NCBI GenBank assembly: GCA_002009975.1
Contig: MTLP01000032.1
Location: forward strand, 63,442 to 127,441
DNA length: 64,000 nucleotides
DNA from: Thermococcus sp. JdFR-02
GTDB lineage: Archaea; Methanobacteriota_B; Thermococci; Thermococcales; Thermococcaceae
Reading direction: 5' to 3'
The position numbers and the translations under genes were made by a program. Below the pieces are notes generated by a model. The model saw nothing but the letters and a program-made list of their open reading frames with translations. It searched no databases and was not told the origin of the DNA. This document shows, in pieces, positions 58,807-64,000 of the stretch; position 1 is the stretch's first letter, and each line of letters starts with the position of its first letter.

Positions 58807-61800
58807 ATGCCTTATATTGAGAAACTTGAAATGAAAGGCTTCAAATCATACGGAAATAAGAAAGTAGTTGTTCCATTCTCCAAAGGATTTACAGCAATTG
58901 TTGGAGCAAATGGAAGTGGAAAAAGCAACATTGGAGATGCTATTCTTTTTGTTTTAGGTGGTCTCTCTGCAAAAGCTATGAGAGCTTCAAGAATTAGTGA
59001 TTTGATATTTGCAGGGGCTAAAAGAGAATCCGCAGCAAAGTATGCCGAAGTTAGCATTTATTTCAACAATATGGATAGGGGGTTCCCGAGAGACGAAGAT
59101 GAAATTATCATATCGAGAAGAGTTTATCCAGATGGTAGAAGTGTTTATTGGATAAATAGGAAAAGAGCAACTAGGAGCGATATTTTGGACTTGCTTAGTG
59201 CTGCAATGATCTCACCAGAGGGATATAACTTAGTCTTACAGGGAGATATTACGAAGTTCATCAAAATGAGTCCTATTGAGAGAAGATTAATAATCGATGA
59301 GATTTCTGGAGTAGCTGAGTATGATACTAAGAAAGAAAAAGCTATGAAGGAATTGAAGCAGGCAGAAGAGAACTTAGCAAGAGTTGATTTGCTCATTAGA
59401 GAAGTTAAGAAACAATTGGATAAACTTGAGCAGGAAAGGAATGATGCTTTAAGGTATTTGGATTTAAAAGACCGCTTAGAAAAGGCAAAAGTCACCTTAC
59501 TTGTTGGAGAAATTAAAAGGCTTGAAAATTTCATAAAAGAAAGTAAGGAAAGAGATGCTGAGATAGAAAGCGAGATAAAACAGATAGAAAGCCAGCTGAG
59601 TAACATTGTAAAGGAGATAATAGAGAAAGAGAGGACTTTAACAGAAGTTGAAGCTAGGCTCGAAAGCGAAAGTGGAGAGGAGCTTTTGGAGATTACAAAG
59701 GCAATAAGCGAAGTTCATTCAAAAATTGAGATGGCAAAGAAAAACATTGAAATCGCTAAAAAGGAGATAGATGACAGCCAAATTAGACTCATTAAGGCTA
59801 AAGATGAGCTTAAAAGAGTTTCAGAAGAAATTGAAAAGAGTAAGTCTGCTATAGAAAGATGGAGCAAGAGAAGAGAACAGTTAAAGGTGAAAATACAGGA
59901 AAAAGAAGCGGAAAGAAACGAGCTAATTGTAAGGCTTGGAGAGATTGATAAGAACTTTACGATAGCAAAGCAGGAATTTGACTCTTTAACTGAAGAACTT
60001 GAAAATGCGAGGAAGGAGTACTATATAAAGCAGGGAGAGATAGAAAGGTTAAGTGAGGAGATAGAGCGTCTTAAGGCTAAAATCTCTCAAAATAACACAA
60101 AGAAACTTACACTAAAAGGAAGAATCGCTGAATTAAAGGAGAAGCTCGAAGAGAAAAGGAGTGAACTTGGAGAGATAGAGAATAAAATGCAAAAAGGGGA
60201 GCAAAGACTCAGAAAGATCGAAAAAGAAGTTGAAGAAAAGCAAAGGCAACTTCAAAAAGTTGTCGCTGAGCTTGATAAGTTGAAGCAGGAACTAATAAAG
60301 CTTGAAGCAAGAAAAGAGGTTGAAAGAAATAAAGCAATAGAGGCTTTAAAGAAAGCCAATATCCCTGGTATTTACGGCTCTTTAGGAGAATTAATCTCCG
60401 TTAAAGATGACACCTATTTTACAGCAATTGATGTTGCCCTTGGTTCTCATGCCGATAATATAGTAGTGGAAGATGATAAAGTCGCTGAAAAGGCAATAAA
60501 GTTCTTAAAAGAGAAGAGGCTTGGAAGATTAACATTTCTACCTTTAAACAAGATAAAGCCAAGGGGTTTAAAAGAGAAGCCTATGCTTGGCATTCCAGCA
60601 ATAGAGATGGTTAGTTATGATGGCAAATTCAAGAATGCTGTAGCCTTTGCGTTGGGAGATACTTTAGTAGTTAATGACATGCAAGAGGCGAGAGAGATAG
60701 GAATTGGAAAAGTAAGGATGGTAACGCTGAGTGGAGAACTATTGGAGAGAAGCGGAGCCATTGTTGGCGGTTACTATAGACCAAGACAAAGGATTAGTGT
60801 TAATACTGAAGATCTTAAGAAAAAGGTGCAGAGCTTAGAGCTTGAAAAGGAAAAACTTGAAAGCGAAGTCAATGCCCTTAAAGTTGAATATAAAGGCTTG
60901 GAGAGAGAGTTGTTTGAGCTTAGGATGAAAAAGAGCGATGCAAGTAAGGATTTAAGCATTTTACAGAGCGAACTCCAAAGGGCTATCAATGAGGATAAGC
61001 TATTAAAAGAGGAAATAGAGGAAAGTGAAGCACTAATCAAAGAACTTGAGAAGAAGATATACACTATTAAAGGTGAAATAGCAAAGCTTAGTGGAAAAAT
61101 AGAGCGCTTAGAAAAGAGAAAAGAAAAGCTGAGGAAAGCGTTGGACAATCCCGAAGCAAGAGAAGTTAACCAAAAGATCAGGGAAGTTGAGCACGAGATA
61201 GGGAAGCTTAAGGAAGAGCTAAGCAAAATTGAATCAAAGCTTGAGAATTTGGAGATAAGGATAAATGAGGAGCTAATACCAAGAAAGGCAAACCTTGAAG
61301 AGGAAATTGAGGGACTTGTAAATAGGATAAACGCATTTAAGCAGAGTATTGCAAAGAACGAAGAAGATATTGAGAAGCTTAAGGAGGAGCTTGAAAAGTT
61401 AAAGCAAAAGGAAGAGTCGATTAAAGCGGACTTAAAGGCTCTAAAAGACGAGAGAGATAGATTAAGACTGGAAATATCCAAGTTAAGAGATAAGAAAGAG
61501 AGCTTAAGAGAGCAAATACAAAAGCTTAGCATAGAGGCAAACACCCTAAAAGTTAAAATTGCTCAATACACTGCTCAACTCCAAGAACTTAACAGAGAGC
61601 TCAAGCACCATGATGTAAAGCTCGTGAGGGAGATACCTCTCGATTTAGAAGCATTGAGGGAAGAGATTGATAGAATGGAAGAGGAGATCAAAGAATTAGA
61701 ACCCGTGAACATGAAAGCAATTGAAGACTTTGAAGTTGTTGAAAGAAGGTATTTAGAGCTTAAATCCAAGAGGGAACAGCTTGAAGCTGAAAAGGAGAGC

Positions 61801-62337
61801 ATCTTAGAGTTCATTGAGGAAATAGAAAGTCAAAAGAGAAACGTCTTTATGGCAACATTGAATGCAATAGCAAGGAACTTCTCAGAGCTATTCGCAAAAC
61901 TCAGCCCCGGAGGAGAGGCAAGGTTAATTCTTGAGAATCCAGATGATCCATTTAGCGGTGGATTGGAAATTGAAGCAAAGCCAGCAGGAAAGGATGTTAA
62001 AAGAATAGAAGCAATGAGTGGTGGAGAAAAAGCATTGACAGCTTTAGCCTTTGTTTTTGCAATCCAGAGATATAAGCCAGCACCATTCTATTTGTTCGAT
62101 GAAATAGATGCCCACTTAGATGATGCAAACGTCAAAAGAGTTGCCGATTTGATAAAAGAAGCATCACAAAAGAGCCAGTTTATAGTTATTACACTAAGGG
62201 ATGTCATGATGGCAAATGCAGACAAAATCATTGGTGTTTCAATGAGGGAAGGTATTTCGAGAGTTGTAAGTTTAAGCTTGGAGAAGGCTATGGAGTACTT
62301 AGAGAAAGCAAGACAGAGAAATGCTTTAGGTGTTTAA
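58807..62337 (+). CDS. smc: Chromosome segregation protein SMC
   Basis: GFKSY, GANGSGKSN, hinge GRLTFLPL, MSGGEK, FDEIDAHLD. Confidence 0.98.
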   Translation: MPYIEKLEMKGFKSYGNKKVVVPFSKGFTAIVGANGSGKSNIGDAILFVLGGLSAKAMRASRISDLIFAGAKRESAAKYAEVSIYFNNMDRGFPRDEDEIIISRRVYPDGRSVYWINRKRATRSDILDLLSAAMISPEGYNLVLQGDITKFIKMSPIERRLIIDEISGVAEYDTKKEKAMKELKQAEENLARVDLLIREVKKQLDKLEQERNDALRYLDLKDRLEKAKVTLLVGEIKRLENFIKESKERDAEIESEIKQIESQLSNIVKEIIEKERTLTEVEARLESESGEELLEITKAISEVHSKIEMAKKNIEIAKKEIDDSQIRLIKAKDELKRVSEEIEKSKSAIERWSKRREQLKVKIQEKEAERNELIVRLGEIDKNFTIAKQEFDSLTEELENARKEYYIKQGEIERLSEEIERLKAKISQNNTKKLTLKGRIAELKEKLEEKRSELGEIENKMQKGEQRLRKIEKEVEEKQRQLQKVVAELDKLKQELIKLEARKEVERNKAIEALKKANIPGIYGSLGELISVKDDTYFTAIDVALGSHADNIVVEDDKVAEKAIKFLKEKRLGRLTFLPLNKIKPRGLKEKPMLGIPAIEMVSYDGKFKNAVAFALGDTLVVNDMQEAREIGIGKVRMVTLSGELLERSGAIVGGYYRPRQRISVNTEDLKKKVQSLELEKEKLESEVNALKVEYKGLERELFELRMKKSDASKDLSILQSELQRAINEDKLLKEEIEESEALIKELEKKIYTIKGEIAKLSGKIERLEKRKEKLRKALDNPEAREVNQKIREVEHEIGKLKEELSKIESKLENLEIRINEELIPRKANLEEEIEGLVNRINAFKQSIAKNEEDIEKLKEELEKLKQKEESIKADLKALKDERDRLRLEISKLRDKKESLREQIQKLSIEANTLKVKIAQYTAQLQELNRELKHHDVKLVREIPLDLEALREEIDRMEEEIKELEPVNMKAIEDFEVVERRYLELKSKREQLEAEKESILEFIEEIESQKRNVFMATLNAIARNFSELFAKLSPGGEARLILENPDDPFSGGLEIEAKPAGKDVKRIEAMSGGEKALTALAFVFAIQRYKPAPFYLFDEIDAHLDDANVKRVADLIKEASQKSQFIVITLRDVMMANADKIIGVSMREGISRVVSLSLEKAMEYLEKARQRNALGV

Positions 62338-63001
62338 AATGGAGCGCAGATATGAGGAAGAGATAACTCCAGTGGATATACTTTTACAACTCGTCATGAT
62401 GGGAAAGGTTGACCCATGGAATATTGACATAGTTGACCTGACCGAGAAATACCTTGAAAGGCTTAGAGAAATGAAGGATTTAGATTTGAGGATTTCAGCT
62501 AGAGCAATTCTTGCCGCTTCAATTCTTTTGAGGATGAAAACTGAGGCATTACTTTATTCAAACAACGAAGAAGAGGAAGAAAAGAAAGAGGAGAGAGTTC
62601 ATGTTCAAGTTGAACCAATAGTACCTCCAATTAGGAGGTCTGAGCGCTATTATACTTTGGATGATTTAATTGAGGCTTTAATGGACGCTCTGGAAGAAGT
62701 GGAAAGAAGGAAGCCAAAACCCAAGAAAAAGGTTCAAATTGAAGAAGAAATTTTCGTCATTGATGACTTTAGGGTTGACATTGAGAAACATGTAAATAGG
62801 CTCTATGAGATAGTCAAAAAGCTCTATGAAGAGACTAAAGAGATGATAACCTTCTGGGAGCTCGTCTTTGATCCAAGCCCAAAGATAGTTGCAAGAACTT
62901 TTCTTTATCTGCTATTTTTAGCAAACATGGGCAAAATAGAGCTTATCCAAGAGGAACCATTTGGAGAGATATACATCTTACCAATAACAGAAAGCGCTTA
63001 A
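62330..63001 (+). CDS. scpA: Segregation and condensation protein A
   Basis: DPWNIDI, AASILLRMK, TFLYLLFL...QEEPFGEI; follows smc. Confidence 0.95.
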   Translation: MFKMERRYEEEITPVDILLQLVMMGKVDPWNIDIVDLTEKYLERLREMKDLDLRISARAILAASILLRMKTEALLYSNNEEEEEKKEERVHVQVEPIVPPIRRSERYYTLDDLIEALMDALEEVERRKPKPKKKVQIEEEIFVIDDFRVDIEKHVNRLYEIVKKLYEETKEMITFWELVFDPSPKIVARTFLYLLFLANMGKIELIQEEPFGEIYILPITESA

Positions 63002-63037
63002 CTTTTCAATTTTTAAACAAAATAAGAAAAAAGAGCT

Positions 63038-64000
63038 TTATCTTGTAATTTGCACTTGCTTCATCATCTCTAAGTATTCTGGATTCTTCTCAAAGTATTC
63101 TCTAATTGGAGCTAAAAGTTCCACTAAATATTCTGCAACAGCATTCTTTAAGTCTAATGGATGAAGTTTACCTTCTGCAAAGTCCCTCTTAAGCTCTTCC
63201 ATAGTATGATAAGTTACATCCCCACCAAACTTTGCTGGTCTATGAATTGTAAACTCAATCGGCTCTTCCCTAAAAATTATATGCTCTGCCCAGTCTAAAA
63301 CTGGATTGTAGTTAACTTCTTTAGCTGGACAAAAAGCCTTTCTCAACTTTTCTCTAATTTCTTTTGGTGTATCATGAATAAATACTGCTGAATAAGGCTT
63401 TGATTTACTCATCTTCATTTGGGACCTCATCTCTTTTAGCTGTTCTTCACTCTCAATGGGCCATATGGGTGGCTCTTGGAGACCTAGCAATAGGTGGTGA
63501 TGGATTGCAATTGGCTTGTATTTTTCATCGCTCCAAATCAAAGGTTTGTACTTAAGCTTTGTAGCAACTTCCCTTGCAATTACGTGGGCTTTTCTTTGAT
63601 CCATACCAGCATGGGCTAAGTTAACACCTTGAACAAAGATATCAGCAACTTGCATTACTGGATAGATAAGCTTTGCAAAATCTATTGCTTCACCCATCTG
63701 CCTTCCTAAAATTGTGATTGATCTCTTAATTCTAGCTAAGGTTGTGTTTTTTGCTATATCAATCACAGTCTGCCAGTATTCAATGTCATCTAAAATCTCA
63801 CTCGCTAATACAAATTCAACCTTATCTGGATCTCCACCCATAACTTTAATGCTCTGTTTCATTCCTTCCTTGAAGTAACTCACGGCTACTTTTTGGATAA
63901 CTTCCAAATCTCCACCTAATTTGTCATTAATCCATGAATGCCAGTCAGCCAAGAAAATTCTAGTCTTTACACCAGCTTTTTGAAAGTCAGCTATTTTTGC
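63038..64000 (-). CDS. tyrS: Tyrosine--tRNA ligase (partial; 5' end lies beyond the window)
   Basis: ADWHSWIN, YPVMQVAD, GMDQRKAH, KMSKS, LHPLDLK. Confidence 0.95.
   Translation of the reverse strand, partial: AKIADFQKAGVKTRIFLADWHSWINDKLGGDLEVIQKVAVSYFKEGMKQSIKVMGGDPDKVEFVLASEILDDIEYWQTVIDIAKNTTLARIKRSITILGRQMGEAIDFAKLIYPVMQVADIFVQGVNLAHAGMDQRKAHVIAREVATKLKYKPLIWSDEKYKPIAIHHHLLLGLQEPPIWPIESEEQLKEMRSQMKMSKSKPYSAVFIHDTPKEIREKLRKAFCPAKEVNYNPVLDWAEHIIFREEPIEFTIHRPAKFGGDVTYHTMEELKRDFAEGKLHPLDLKNAVAEYLVELLAPIREYFEKNPEYLEMMKQVQITR

Noticed and set aside
58812-61814. Long antisense ORFs opposite smc, with similar ones opposite DUF499, the DndD-like gene and feoB
   Set aside because: Ser/Leu/Phe-rich shadows of Lys/Glu-rich sense genes, with no motifs or RBS.

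Overview
AT-rich Thermococcales-like (Thermococcus/Palaeococcus-type) chromosomal segment. Bases 1-~18200 form a defence island. It holds an AbiEi/AbiEii type IV toxin-antitoxin pair, EVE, DUF3800 and PD-(D/E)XK genes, and a HEPN/MNT pair. Its core is a hybrid system: a DUF1156 adenine methyltransferase is divergent from a DUF499 ATPase-minimal PglZ-DUF3780-like operon (BREX-related), and that operon converges on a PLD-nuclease/SF2-helicase-small protein-DndD-like SMC ATPase-Dnd-associated protein operon with no dndA/dndC. The rest is mostly housekeeping (psmB, albA, purB, hef, GGGP synthase, methylmalonyl-CoA genes, smc-scpA, tyrS). A dispersed iron/sulfur cluster at 27-46 kb (IssA/SipA-like, NifB/NifX, MinD-ferredoxin ATPases, radical SAMs, feoAAB, DUF134) has promoters sharing two palindromes, TTAGG-N4-CCTAA and TGTGCATATGCACA. 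An H/ACA-type sRNA (~49061-49134, minus strand) and a 34-aa transporter small subunit are missing from the ORF track. No tRNA, rRNA or CRISPR array was seen. All family calls come from motif recognition by eye; no searches were run.
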